Shown in pieces: positions 55,235 to 64,000 of a stretch of DNA of 64,000 nucleotides (positions are counted from its first letter, which is position 1; every line of letters starts with the position of its first letter). The stretch is from positions 2,831 to 66,830 of the forward strand of contig NZ_JBAYTI010000004.1 of NCBI RefSeq assembly GCF_041675725.1, given 5' to 3'. Position numbers and translations under genes: made by a program. The DNA is from Castellaniella sp. GTDB lineage: Bacteria; Pseudomonadota; Gammaproteobacteria; Burkholderiales; Burkholderiaceae_B. The notes below the pieces were generated by a model. That model saw only the letters and a list, made by a program, of their open reading frames with translations. It searched no databases and was not told where the DNA came from.

Positions 55235-55898
55235 GATCAATACAAAACGGGTCTCGGCCGAAGAACAAATCCCCACAATTATTGCAGAGATGCAGACTGC
55301 AGCTGCCGCATTTCGAAAAATCGGCATGGGCGTCAGTGTGTTTGGCAGCGCCCGGATCGCGCGCAGCCACCCCTTTTACGCCCTCGGGCAGGAAGTCGGC
55401 CGCCGGGTGGCCGAACTGGGTCTGCCCGTCATTGCCGGTGGCGGACCAGGCCTCATGGAAGCGGCCAACCGCGGCGCATACGAGGCGGGCGGACGCAGTG
55501 TCGGGCTGAATATCCGTCTGCCACGTGAAACCACGGACAATCCCTACCAGACCGACAGCTTGCATTTCGAGTATTTCACCTCGCGCAAGTCGGCATTTTT
55601 CATGCACAGTCTCGCCTACGTGGTGCTGCCGGGCGGGTTTGGCACGCTGGATGAGCTCTTCGAGGCCATCACCCTCATCCAAACCCTGAAACAGCCGCCT
55701 GCCCCCATCATCCTGGTCGGCACCACATTCTGGGCCGGGCTGATGGACTGGATCCGCGCGCAGCTGCTGGCCCATCGCATGATCGGCCCGTTCGACCTGG
55801 ACCGCCTGACCCTCACCGACGATGTCGAGGACATCGTGCGCCTGATCCAGGAAGCCATACAGATCCAACCCGGCCGGGAACCCGCCCTGCCCGGGTGA
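55233..55898 (+). CDS. LOG-family (TIGR00730) nucleotide 5'-monophosphate nucleosidase-like protein
   Basis: VSVFGSARI, GGGPGLMEAANRGA and the PGGFGTLDELFE motif. The ATG at 55233 overlaps the polA start codon on the other strand. An alternative ATG lies at 55290. Confidence 0.8.
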   Translation: MINTKRVSAEEQIPTIIAEMQTAAAAFRKIGMGVSVFGSARIARSHPFYALGQEVGRRVAELGLPVIAGGGPGLMEAANRGAYEAGGRSVGLNIRLPRETTDNPYQTDSLHFEYFTSRKSAFFMHSLAYVVLPGGFGTLDELFEAITLIQTLKQPPAPIILVGTTFWAGLMDWIRAQLLAHRMIGPFDLDRLTLTDDVEDIVRLIQEAIQIQPGREPALPG

Positions 55899-56008
55899 TG
55901 GCAGGGTAATGCTTGATACCCCCTGGCAGAGTACTGGGGTAAGATCACGCCTTGTTCCAACATGCACCGGGCTGTCGGCGCCCTGGTCAACAGCCCGAGG
56001 AGATCCCA

Positions 56009-56800
56009 ATGAAATTCGTGTTGTCCGGCACCTGCCTGTTTTTTGCGACCACGCTGCTGGCCGGCGCCAGCCTTGCCGCCAATCCGCCCGAACTCAAGAT
56101 CGCCACCGAAGCCGGCTACGCGCCGTTCGAATACCGCAATCCCAACGGGCAGCTCGAAGGCTTCGACATCGACATCGGCAATGAACTCTGCCACCGCATG
56201 GCGCGCCAATGCGTCTGGATCGACCAATCCTTCGACAGCCTGATCCCTGGCCTGCAGGCACGCAAGTTCGACCTCGCAAACTCCACCATGACGGCCACCC
56301 AGGCGCGCAAGAAAGTCATCGATTTCACCACCCCGCTGTACATCGTGCCGGTCAAACTCATGATCCCCAAAGGCAGTGGGCTGCAACCCACTGCCGAATC
56401 GCTCAAGGGCAAGCGGGTGGGCGTCCAGCAAGGCACTACCATGGAATCCTATGCAAACGAAGAATGGGCGCCCAAAGGGGTGACAGTGGTCTCTTACCCC
56501 AGCTACACCAATGCCTTTGTGGACGTCGCGGCCGGGCGCCTGGACGCCACCTTCCAGGAAGCGCCCACCGCGGTGGATGGTTTCCTGAGCAAGCCCGAAG
56601 GCGCTCACTACGAGCTCTCGCCCATGCTGCTCGAGGACGTGGCCATTTTCAATGAACCCATCGCCATGGGCATACGCAAGGGGCACCCGCTCAAGCCGGA
56701 AATCGATGCCGCCCTGCAGGCCATGCTGGCCGACGGCACCATTCAGAACTTCGCCAAGAAATACTTCCCGGAAAGGGGCATACAGTTTCCCGCGCCTTGA
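56009..56800 (+). CDS. Periplasmic basic-amino-acid (Lys/Arg/Orn/His-type) binding protein
   Basis: Trimmed to the ATG at 56009, with GAGGAG 6 nt upstream. Signal peptide MKFVLSGTCLFFATTLLAGASLAA, followed by LKIATEAGYAPFEY...GFDIDIGNELC. Confidence 0.85.
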   Translation: MKFVLSGTCLFFATTLLAGASLAANPPELKIATEAGYAPFEYRNPNGQLEGFDIDIGNELCHRMARQCVWIDQSFDSLIPGLQARKFDLANSTMTATQARKKVIDFTTPLYIVPVKLMIPKGSGLQPTAESLKGKRVGVQQGTTMESYANEEWAPKGVTVVSYPSYTNAFVDVAAGRLDATFQEAPTAVDGFLSKPEGAHYELSPMLLEDVAIFNEPIAMGIRKGHPLKPEIDAALQAMLADGTIQNFAKKYFPERGIQFPAP

Positions 56801-56806
56801 TCCGGC

Positions 56807-57496
56807 ATGTTCCTGGACGGCTATGGCCCATTGCTTCTGGCGGGGACGTGGGTCACGGTCCAGCTTGCCCTGCTGTCACTGGCGGTCGCCGTTGCGCTGG
56901 GCCTGCTGGGTGCATGGGCCAAGCTGTCGCACTCGACGGCTGGCCGCCTGGCGGCCACGGCCTATACCACGCTGATCCGCGGCGTACCTGACCTGGTGCT
57001 GATGCTGCTGATCTTCTTCAGCATGCAGATCTACCTGAACGACATCACCGACCTGCTCGAACTCGAGCCGATCGACATCGATCCCTTTACCGCGGGGGTG
57101 CTCACGCTGGGCTTCATCTACGGCGCCTATTTCGCCGAAACATTTCGCGGCGCCTTCATGGCAGTGCCCCATGGCCAGCTCGAGTCGGCTCGGGCCTATG
57201 GCCTGCGCGAACGCCAGATCTTCTGGCGGATCCTTTTCCCACAGATGATGCGCCATGCCTTGCCTGGAATCGGCAACAATTGGCAAGTCCTGCTCAAGTC
57301 CACGGCGCTCGTGTCGCTGATCGGGCTGACCGATCTGGTCAAGGTGGCGCAAGACGCGGGCAACGTTACCTTCAGGGTATTTTTGTTCATTTCGCTCACC
57401 GGGCTGATCTACCTGCTGCTCACCACGGTGTCCAACGGGATCCTGTACTGGCTCGACAGACGCTACAACGTGGGGGTGCGTCAGCTGACACTATGA
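56807..57496 (+). CDS. hisQ: Polar amino-acid ABC transporter permease (HisQ type)
   Basis: His/Glu/Gln/Arg/opine permease family. Contains TLIRGVPDLVLMLLIFF and the EAA loop ESARAYGLRERQIFWRILFPQ. Confidence 0.8.
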   Translation: MFLDGYGPLLLAGTWVTVQLALLSLAVAVALGLLGAWAKLSHSTAGRLAATAYTTLIRGVPDLVLMLLIFFSMQIYLNDITDLLELEPIDIDPFTAGVLTLGFIYGAYFAETFRGAFMAVPHGQLESARAYGLRERQIFWRILFPQMMRHALPGIGNNWQVLLKSTALVSLIGLTDLVKVAQDAGNVTFRVFLFISLTGLIYLLLTTVSNGILYWLDRRYNVGVRQLTL

Positions 57497-58203
57497 TCGA
57501 CGTACTCGAACAATTCTGGCGGGCCTACCTGTTCGAAAATCACGGGCAGTTCTCAGGGGCGGCCGTCACACTGTGGCTCCTGGTCCTGGCGATCTCCATG
57601 GGCTTCGTCCTGTCGCTGTTCATGGCCGTGGGCCGGATCTCGCCGCGGCGCTGGATCGCCTGGCCCCTGTGGGCTTTCAGCTACGTGTTCAGGGGCACAC
57701 CGCTCTACGTACAGATCCTGTTCATTTACGCGGGCATCTACAGCCTGGATTTCATCAAGGGCACCGCCCCACTGGCCGCGTTCTTCCAAAGCGGCTTCAA
57801 CTGCCTGGTCCTGGCCCTCACCCTCAATACCACGGCCTACACCATGGAGATCTTTGCCGGCGCGATTCGTGCCACGCCGGCGGGCGAAATCGAGGCCGCG
57901 CGGGCCTTCGGCATGAGCCGCTTCGACCAATACCGCTGCGTGATTCTGCCCTCGGCCCTGCGCCGCGCCCTGCCTGCTTACAGCAATGAAGTCATATTCA
58001 CGCTGCATGCCACCTCGCTTGCATTCACCGCCACGGTGCCGGATATTCTCAAGGTCGCCCGCGACGCCAATTCGGCCACCTACCAGACATTCGCGGCCTA
58101 CGGGATCGCCGCCCTGCTCTACCTGATCCTGTCCTTTACACTGATTGGTCTGTTTCGCCGGTTTGAACGTCGTACCCTGGCTTATCTGGGCCATCAACGC
58201 TAA
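57493..58203 (+). CDS. hisM: Polar amino-acid ABC transporter permease (HisM type)
   Basis: ATGA overlap with hisQ. Contains [16 protein letters not shown] and the EAA loop [20 protein letters not shown]. Confidence 0.8.
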   Translation: MIDVLEQFWRAYLFENHGQFSGAAVTLWLLVLAISMGFVLSLFMAVGRISPRRWIAWPLWAFSYVFRGTPLYVQILFIYAGIYSLDFIKGTAPLAAFFQSGFNCLVLALTLNTTAYTMEIFAGAIRATPAGEIEAARAFGMSRFDQYRCVILPSALRRALPAYSNEVIFTLHATSLAFTATVPDILKVARDANSATYQTFAAYGIAALLYLILSFTLIGLFRRFERRTLAYLGHQR

Positions 58204-58208
58204 GCCCT

Positions 58209-58976
58209 ATGTCCAAACTCGAAGTCCTCAACATCTACAAGCGCTACGGCACCAACGAAGTGCTCAAGGGGGTCTCCCTGACCGCCAACAGCGGGGATGT
58301 GATCTGCATCCTGGGCTCCAGCGGCTCCGGCAAGTCTACTTTTCTGCGCTGCATCAATTTCCTGGAAAAACCAGACCAGGGTTCGGTCTCGCTCAACGGC
58401 GAAACCCTGAAGATCCGGCACGACAGGCAAGGCCAGCCACACGCCGCCGACCTGGACCAACTACGGCGCATGCGCTCGAAGCTGGCCATGGTCTTTCAGC
58501 ACTTCAACCTGTGGGCCCACATGAACGTGCTGGGCAATGTGACCGAAGCACCCGTCCAGGTGCTCAAGCTGGGGCGCGCCGAAGCGCTCGAGCGCGCCCG
58601 GCACTACCTCGCCAAAGTGGGGCTGGCCCCAAGCGTCGAGACGCAATATCCGTCCTCGCTGTCGGGGGGCCAGCAGCAGCGGGTGGCGATCGCCCGTGCG
58701 CTCGCCATGGAACCCGAGGTGATGCTGTTCGATGAACCCACTTCGGCTCTGGATCCCGAGCTGGTCGGAGAAGTGCTCAAGGTCATGCAAAAGCTGGCCG
58801 AAGAAGGCCGCACCATGCTGGTGGTCACCCACGAAATGGGTTTTGCGCGCAATCTTGCATCGCAGGTGATGTTTCTGCACCAGGGCATTGCCGAAGAAGT
58901 CGGCCCCCCGGACCAGATATTCGATCACCCGAAAAGCCCACGCCTGCAGCAGTTTCTGTCCGGCCACCTGAAATAG
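58209..58976 (+). CDS. hisP: Polar amino-acid ABC transporter ATP-binding protein (HisP type)
   Basis: Walker [10 protein letters not shown], signature [15 protein letters not shown], Walker [12 protein letters not shown], and the [10 protein letters not shown]-loop. Confidence 0.85.
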   Translation: MSKLEVLNIYKRYGTNEVLKGVSLTANSGDVICILGSSGSGKSTFLRCINFLEKPDQGSVSLNGETLKIRHDRQGQPHAADLDQLRRMRSKLAMVFQHFNLWAHMNVLGNVTEAPVQVLKLGRAEALERARHYLAKVGLAPSVETQYPSSLSGGQQQRVAIARALAMEPEVMLFDEPTSALDPELVGEVLKVMQKLAEEGRTMLVVTHEMGFARNLASQVMFLHQGIAEEVGPPDQIFDHPKSPRLQQFLSGHLK

Positions 58977-59054
58977 CCCATCGACGCACGCGGGCCACGC
59001 CACGCAAATGACCGCTCATCCGGAGATCGGCCTGCCGCGCCCGGGCCGGTGCGC

Positions 59055-60878
59055 TCAGGCGGACTCGCGCTGGCTGCGGCGCCGTTCGTGCTCTTTCAGG
59101 AAACGCTTGCGCAGACGGATGGATTTTGGAGTGACCTCGACCAGCTCGTCATCGGCGATGAACTCGACGGCATACTCGAGATTGAGTTCGATCGGCGGCA
59201 CCAGGTCGATATGCTCGTCTTTACCCGATGCGCGGATGTTGGTGAGCTTCTTTTCCTTGATCGGATTGACCACCAGGTCATTGTCGCGCGAGTGGATGCC
59301 GATGATCATGCCCTCGTACACAGGCTCCTGGGGCGAGACGAACATGCGGCCGCGTTCCTGCAGCTTCCACAAGGCATAGGCCACGGCCACCCCGTCTTCC
59401 TGGCTGATCAGCACGCCATTGCGCCGCTCACCGACCGAGCCTTCGCGGACCGGATCATAGCCATCGAAAATATGGCTCATCAGCCCCGTGCCCCGGGTGA
59501 GGGTCATGAATTCGCCCTGGAACCCGATCAGGCCACGGGCCGGGATACGATATTCCAGGCGCGTACGGCCCCTGCCATCCGCCTGCATGTCCTGCAGTTC
59601 ACCGCGCCGGCGACCCAGCTCTTCCATGATCCCGCCCTGATGCGCATCCTCGACGTCCACGGTCAGGTGTTCCCAGGGCTCGCAGCGTACGCCGTCGATC
59701 TCTTTGAACAGCACCCGCGGGCGGGACACGGCCAATTCATAGCCTTCACGCCGCATGTTCTCGAGGAGAATGGTCAGATGCAGCTCGCCACGCCCACAGA
59801 CTTCGAACACCGTGTCATCGGGCGTATCGTTCACCCGCAGCGCGACATTCGATTTCAGCTCTCGATCCAGGCGTTCGCGCAGTTGGCGGCTAGTCACGAA
59901 TTTCCCCTCGCGGCCCGCCAGGGGCGACGTATTGACCATGAAGTTCATGGTCAGCGTGGGCTCGTCGATGTGCAGCATCGGCAGTGCTTCGGGCTGGGCG
60001 GGATCCATCAGGGTGCAACCGATGCCGATGTCATCGATCCCGTTGATCAGCACGATATCACCCGCCTGGGCCTCGTCCACCTGTACCCGCTCCAGGCCCT
60101 TGAATTTCAGAACCTGGTTCACCCGGCCGCGCAAAATTTCGGGGTCGTCCGGCCCGAACTGCACCAGCACCTCCTGCCCCGCATGCAAACGCCCGCGGTT
60201 GATCCGCCCTACCCCGATCTTGCCCACATAGCTGCTGTAGTCCAGCGAGATGATCTGCATTTGCAGCGGCCCGTCGGTGTCGTCATCGCGCTGCGGCACG
60301 TACTCGAGGATGGCATCGAACAGCGGGCGCATGTCGCCGGCACGCACGTCCGGGTTCAGGCCGGCATAGCCCGCAAGCCCCGAGGCGTAGATGATGGGGA
60401 AGTCGAGCTGCTCTTCGGTCGCCCCGAGCTTGTCGAAGAGATCGAACGTGGCGTTGACCACGTAATCAGGCCGGGCGCCGTGCCGATCCACCTTGTTGAC
60501 CACGACAATCGGCTTGAGACCCAGTGCCAGGGCTTTGCGAGTCACGAAGCGGGTCTGCGGCATGGGGCCTTCGACCGCATCCACCAGCAGCAGCACCCCG
60601 TCGACCATGGACAACACGCGTTCGACCTCGCCCCCGAAGTCGGCATGACCCGGTGTGTCGATGATGTTGATGTGCGTGCCTTCATATTCGACTGCGCAGT
60701 TCTTGGCCAGAATGGTGATACCGCGTTCGCGCTCGATGTCGCCCGAGTCCATCACCCGTTCGGATACCTGCTGATTGTCGCGGAAAGTGCCGGACTGGCG
60801 CAGAAGCTGATCGACCAGCGTGGTCTTGCCATGGTCCACGTGCGCGATGATCGCCACGTTGCGTAAAGCTCGTTTCAT
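59055..60878 (-). CDS. typA: Translational GTPase TypA/BipA
   Basis: [31 protein letters not shown], and the EF-G-like domain architecture. 607 aa. Confidence 0.95.
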   Translation of the reverse strand: MKRALRNVAIIAHVDHGKTTLVDQLLRQSGTFRDNQQVSERVMDSGDIERERGITILAKNCAVEYEGTHINIIDTPGHADFGGEVERVLSMVDGVLLLVDAVEGPMPQTRFVTRKALALGLKPIVVVNKVDRHGARPDYVVNATFDLFDKLGATEEQLDFPIIYASGLAGYAGLNPDVRAGDMRPLFDAILEYVPQRDDDTDGPLQMQIISLDYSSYVGKIGVGRINRGRLHAGQEVLVQFGPDDPEILRGRVNQVLKFKGLERVQVDEAQAGDIVLINGIDDIGIGCTLMDPAQPEALPMLHIDEPTLTMNFMVNTSPLAGREGKFVTSRQLRERLDRELKSNVALRVNDTPDDTVFEVCGRGELHLTILLENMRREGYELAVSRPRVLFKEIDGVRCEPWEHLTVDVEDAHQGGIMEELGRRRGELQDMQADGRGRTRLEYRIPARGLIGFQGEFMTLTRGTGLMSHIFDGYDPVREGSVGERRNGVLISQEDGVAVAYALWKLQERGRMFVSPQEPVYEGMIIGIHSRDNDLVVNPIKEKKLTNIRASGKDEHIDLVPPIELNLEYAVEFIADDELVEVTPKSIRLRKRFLKEHERRRSQRESA

Positions 60879-61630
60879 GAAGATTCTCTGTTGACTATCT
60901 GGGCCGGCACCAGCGCAGCCGGCAGGGCATGCAGCGGGATCAGAACGGAGGCAGGCTGCGCCATGGCCTGCAGGGCGTCCAGGGTCACGGCCTGTTCAAT
61001 TGAAAATGGCCCGACCCGCGTACGCCGCAATGCGGACAGGTGCGCCAGGCATCCCAGACGGCGGCCGATGTCCTGTGCCAGGGTGCGTACATACGTACCC
61101 TTGCTGCACAGCACCCGAATGCGGGCCTGCGTTCCAGTACACGCAAGCAGTTCGAGTGCGTGGATGGTGATGGGCCGGGGTGCGCGCTCGAGCACCACCC
61201 CTTGGCGGGCATATTCATACAAGGGCCTGCCATCGCGCTTGAGCGCTGAAATCATGGGGGGCACCTGCTCGATCGACCCGCGAAATTCAGCCAATACCGC
61301 CTCCAGGCCCGCGGCCTGCACGTCGACGGTTCCCGGCTCGGCGCGGGCGACGACATGCCCGGTGAGATCGCCGCTGTCGGTCTCCTCGCCAAATGCCAGG
61401 GTGGCCTCATATTCCTTGTCGGCCTCGAGCATCGCCGCCGAGATCTTGGTGGCCCGGCCCAGGCAACATACCAGCAGGCCCGTGGCGAATGGGTCCAACG
61501 TGCCGGTATGACCGGCCTTGCGGGCGTCCAGCACCCGTTTGGCCCGCTGCAGGGCCTGGTTGCTGGACAGGCCCGCAGGTTTGTCCAGCAACAGTACGCC
61601 ATCGAGCAACTGCCCGCGTCGGCTCGCCAT
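60875..61630 (-). CDS. truB: tRNA pseudouridine(55) synthase
   Basis: [14 protein letters not shown] and the catalytic-Asp motif [13 protein letters not shown]. Its stop overlaps the typA start (ATGA). Confidence 0.95.
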   Translation of the reverse strand: MASRRGQLLDGVLLLDKPAGLSSNQALQRAKRVLDARKAGHTGTLDPFATGLLVCCLGRATKISAAMLEADKEYEATLAFGEETDSGDLTGHVVARAEPGTVDVQAAGLEAVLAEFRGSIEQVPPMISALKRDGRPLYEYARQGVVLERAPRPITIHALELLACTGTQARIRVLCSKGTYVRTLAQDIGRRLGCLAHLSALRRTRVGPFSIEQAVTLDALQAMAQPASVLIPLHALPAALVPAQIVNRESS

Positions 61631-61664
61631 ATGTGTGATCCGTCTAGAAGTCTGTGACGCGCCC

Positions 61665-62075
61665 TCAGGGTTCTGCGTCGGGGTCCGTAAGCCCGGGGCC
61701 GGGGGCGGCCCCGTCCGGAGGGCGATTGGCCTGATCGATGAGCTGGTTCAACGCCAGCCCCCGGGCAAGCTGCACGTCGTGCATGAAGCGCAGCGTGGGC
61801 ACCGTATGAATGTGAAGCAGCTTGAAGAGCTGCGAATGCAGCCAGCCCGCTTTTTCATTGAGCACCCGCGCCGCGTCGTCGGGTTCGGCGCCCAGCACGG
61901 TGAAATACACTTTGGCATGCGCGTAATCGGCAGACAGATCGACCCCTGTGAGGGTGATCAGCCCCGCCTGCGCAACCCCGATCTCGCGCTGGATCAGGCC
62001 AGCCAGATCCTTTTGGATCTGGTCGGCCAACCGCGTATTGCGATCGGGCTTGGAGGAAGATTTATGACGACCCAT
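61665..62075 (-). CDS. rbfA: Ribosome-binding factor A
   Basis: [18 protein letters not shown]...[19 protein letters not shown], with a Pro/Gly-rich C-terminal tail. It lies between infB and truB. Confidence 0.9.
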   Translation of the reverse strand: MGRHKSSSKPDRNTRLADQIQKDLAGLIQREIGVAQAGLITLTGVDLSADYAHAKVYFTVLGAEPDDAARVLNEKAGWLHSQLFKLLHIHTVPTLRFMHDVQLARGLALNQLIDQANRPPDGAAPGPGLTDPDAEP

Positions 62076-62089
62076 GGCCTGTGCCGCAC

Positions 62090-64000
62090 TCAGAGCGTGC
62101 GGGCAACCTCTTTGATTTCAAACACTTCGAGCTGGTCACCCACCTGGATGTCATTGTTGCCCTTGAGCGTGATCCCGCAGTCGAAGCCGGCCTTGACCTC
62201 TTTCACGTCATCCTTGAAGCGCCGCAGGGAATCGAGCGAACCGGTCCACTGGACCACGTGGTTGCGCAACAGGCGCACCTGCGAATCGCGCCGCACCAGG
62301 CCCTCGAGTACCATGCAGCCAGCGATATTGCCCACCCGCGATACCGTGAAGATTTCGCGGATTTCGACCAGGCCGATGACCTCTTCGCGCTTTTCGGGCG
62401 CCAACATGCCCGAGAGCGCATTGCGCACATCGTCGATCGCATCGTAGATGATGTTGTAGTAGCGCAGGTCGATGTCGTTGGCCTCGGCCACTTTCTTGGC
62501 CTGTGCATCAGCCCGCACGTTGAAGCCGATGATCACCGCGTTCGAGGCAATCGCCAGGTTCACATCGCTTTCCGAAATCCCCCCGACCGCAGCGTGCACC
62601 ACCTGCACCCGGACCTCGTCGGTGGAGAGCTTGAGCAGCGACTGCACCAACGCCTCTTGCGACCCCTGAACATCCGTCTTGACGATGAGCGCCAGCGTGC
62701 TGACCCCTTCGCCGAGGCTGTCGAACATGGACTCGAGCTTGGCAGCCTGCTGACGCGCCAGCTTGACGTCGCGGAATTTTCCCTGGCGGAACAGCGCGAT
62801 CTCGCGGGCCTTGCGCTCGTCGGCCAGAGCGATGAGTTCGTCGCCGGCTGCCGGGACCTCGGTGAGCCCCTGGATTTCGACCGGCGTGGACGGACCAGCC
62901 GACTGGACCGGCTTGCCGGTGTCGTTGAGCATGGCGCGCACGCGCCCATGGGCCACGCCGGCCAGAACAGCATCACCGCGATGCAGCGTACCGCTCTGGA
63001 CCAGAATGGTGGCCACCGGGCCACGGCCCTTGTCGAGCCTCGCTTCGATCACGATCCCCTTGGCCGGCGCATCGACCGGCGCTTTGAGTTCGAGAATTTC
63101 GGCCTGCAGCAACACGTTCTCGAGCAGATCGTCGATCCCCTGCCCGGTTTTGGCCGACACGGGTATGAATGGCACGTCGCCGCCGTACTCTTCGGGCACG
63201 ACCTCTTCGGCGACCAGTTCTTGCTTGACCCGTTCAGGGTTGGCTTCGGGCTTGTCGATCTTGTTGATCGCCACCACCAGCGGCACGTTGGCGGCCTTGG
63301 CATGGTGAATGGCTTCTTTGGTTTGCGGCATCACGCCGTCATCGGCCGCGACCACCAGGATGACGATGTCCGTGGCCTGTGCGCCGCGTGCCCGCATGGC
63401 TGTAAAGGCTTCGTGACCGGGAGTATCCAGAAAGGCCACCTCGCCGCGGTCGGTCTTGACGTTGTAGGCGCCGATATGCTGGGTAATGCCTCCCGCCTCG
63501 CCCGTCGCCACCTTGGTGCGGCGAATGTAGTCGAGCAGGGACGTCTTGCCGTGATCCACGTGGCCCATGACCGTCACCACCGGCGCGCGCGGCAGCGACT
63601 CGACCTCGGTGACGTCGGTATCGGCCAGGAACGCTTCGGGGTCATCGAGCTTGGCCGCAATGGCCGTATGCCCAAGTTCTTCGACGACGATCATCGCCGT
63701 TTCCTGGTCGAGGATCTGGTTGATGGTGACCATCTGGCCCAGTTTCATGAGCTGCTTGATGACCTCGGCCGCCTTGACCGAAATCTTGTGGGCGAGGTCT
63801 GCCACCGAGATGGTCTCGGGCACATGGACTTCGCGGGCGATGAATTCGGCGGCCACGGGCTCGTGGAACTCGACCTGGCGCCGCCCGCCCCGTCCGCGAC
63901 CGCTCTTGCCGCCCCGCCCGGGCTTGCTGCTCGAGCGCCAGGCCTCGCGGCCGGACCCGGCGGACAAGGTGTCCGCCTTGGACGGCTTCTTGCGGCCTTC
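62090..64000 (-). CDS. infB: Translation initiation factor IF-2, C-terminal about 635 aa; the 5' end lies outside the window
   Basis: The frame stays open to the window edge. G-domain motifs [22 protein letters not shown] and NKIDK, followed by the IF-2 C-terminal domains. Confidence 0.95.
   Translation of the reverse strand, partial: EGRKKPSKADTLSAGSGREAWRSSSKPGRGGKSGRGRGGRRQVEFHEPVAAEFIAREVHVPETISVADLAHKISVKAAEVIKQLMKLGQMVTINQILDQETAMIVVEELGHTAIAAKLDDPEAFLADTDVTEVESLPRAPVVTVMGHVDHGKTSLLDYIRRTKVATGEAGGITQHIGAYNVKTDRGEVAFLDTPGHEAFTAMRARGAQATDIVILVVAADDGVMPQTKEAIHHAKAANVPLVVAINKIDKPEANPERVKQELVAEEVVPEEYGGDVPFIPVSAKTGQGIDDLLENVLLQAEILELKAPVDAPAKGIVIEARLDKGRGPVATILVQSGTLHRGDAVLAGVAHGRVRAMLNDTGKPVQSAGPSTPVEIQGLTEVPAAGDELIALADERKAREIALFRQGKFRDVKLARQQAAKLESMFDSLGEGVSTLALIVKTDVQGSQEALVQSLLKLSTDEVRVQVVHAAVGGISESDVNLAIASNAVIIGFNVRADAQAKKVAEANDIDLRYYNIIYDAIDDVRNALSGMLAPEKREEVIGLVEIREIFTVSRVGNIAGCMVLEGLVRRDSQVRLLRNHVVQWTGSLDSLRRFKDDVKEVKAGFDCGITLKGNNDIQVGDQLEVFEIKEVARTL

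Noticed and set aside
55899-55914. A sigma54-like element TGGCAG-N5-TGCTT immediately after the LOG stop, upstream of the amino-acid ABC operon.
   Set aside because: The GG-to-GC spacing is 9 nt rather than the strictly conserved 10 nt, and the -12 element is TGCT rather than TTGC. It is attractive biologically, since nitrogen-regulated his/arg transporters exist, but the geometry does not fit.
55616-56686. A 356-aa minus-strand ORF overlapping the LOG gene 3' end, the intergenic region and the amino-acid-binding-protein gene.
   Set aside because: It is antisense to two well-supported genes and runs through their intergenic promoter region. It has no motifs.
59049-60866. A 605-aa plus-strand ORF exactly antisense to typA.
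   Set aside because: The minus strand encodes a complete, canonical TypA/BipA. The antisense translation has no motifs and a biased composition.
1-64000. Whole-window scan for CRISPR repeats, tRNA/rRNA genes, IS elements or transposases, integrases, prophage genes, toxin-antitoxin pairs and known defence-system domains.
   Set aside because: None found. Essentially every stretch longer than 100 bp is accounted for by a recognisable housekeeping gene. No regularly spaced repeats, compositional island or mobility gene is visible.

Overview
This is a GC-rich, very tightly packed segment of core chromosome. Gene content and order point to a betaproteobacterium (Burkholderiales, Bordetella/Alcaligenaceae-like): rpsF-priB-rpsR-rplI-dnaB, infB-rbfA-truB-typA, kdkA, and a Bordetella-type LPS-core glycosyltransferase/deacetylase block. 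That taxonomic call is an inference.

I can support about 58 protein genes, almost all recognisable housekeeping functions:
- Replication and repair: dnaE, dnaB, priB, polA, radA, hrpA.
- Translation: rpsF, rpsR, rplI, infB, rbfA, truB, typA.
- Amino-acid metabolism: argA, hom, thrC, alr, an aminotransferase.
- Isoprenoid and squalene synthesis: dxs, ispA, hpnCDE.
- Transporters: potFGHI, hisJQMP-like, Na/Pi, MsbA, EamA, TauE.
- An LPS core/Kdo block at about 1.0-10.4 kb, plus kdkA.

I see no rRNA, tRNA, CRISPR array, transposase, integrase, phage gene or recognisable defence/toxin module. Intergenic space is minimal, with about 15 four-nucleotide ATGA/TTGA stop-start overlaps and three convergent gene pairs with zero or negative spacing.

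Many ORF-track entries are long antisense or 5'-extended artefacts typical of high-GC DNA. I trimmed starts where an internal start abuts or overlaps the upstream stop and matches the family N-terminus.

I do not find a convincing undescribed system. The best leads are modest:
- An expanded LPS-core locus with two NodB deacetylases, translationally fused to dnaE.
- An SDR between alr and radA that lacks the canonical Ser/Tyr catalytic residues.
- An hpnCDE squalene module with no adjacent cyclase.
- An orphan Rieske oxygenase with an unusually long Cys-containing Rieske spacer.
- A small msbA-linked lipoprotein.
- polA and a LOG-family gene with head-to-head overlapping start codons.

All functional calls rest on motif and family recognition by eye. 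No searches were run.
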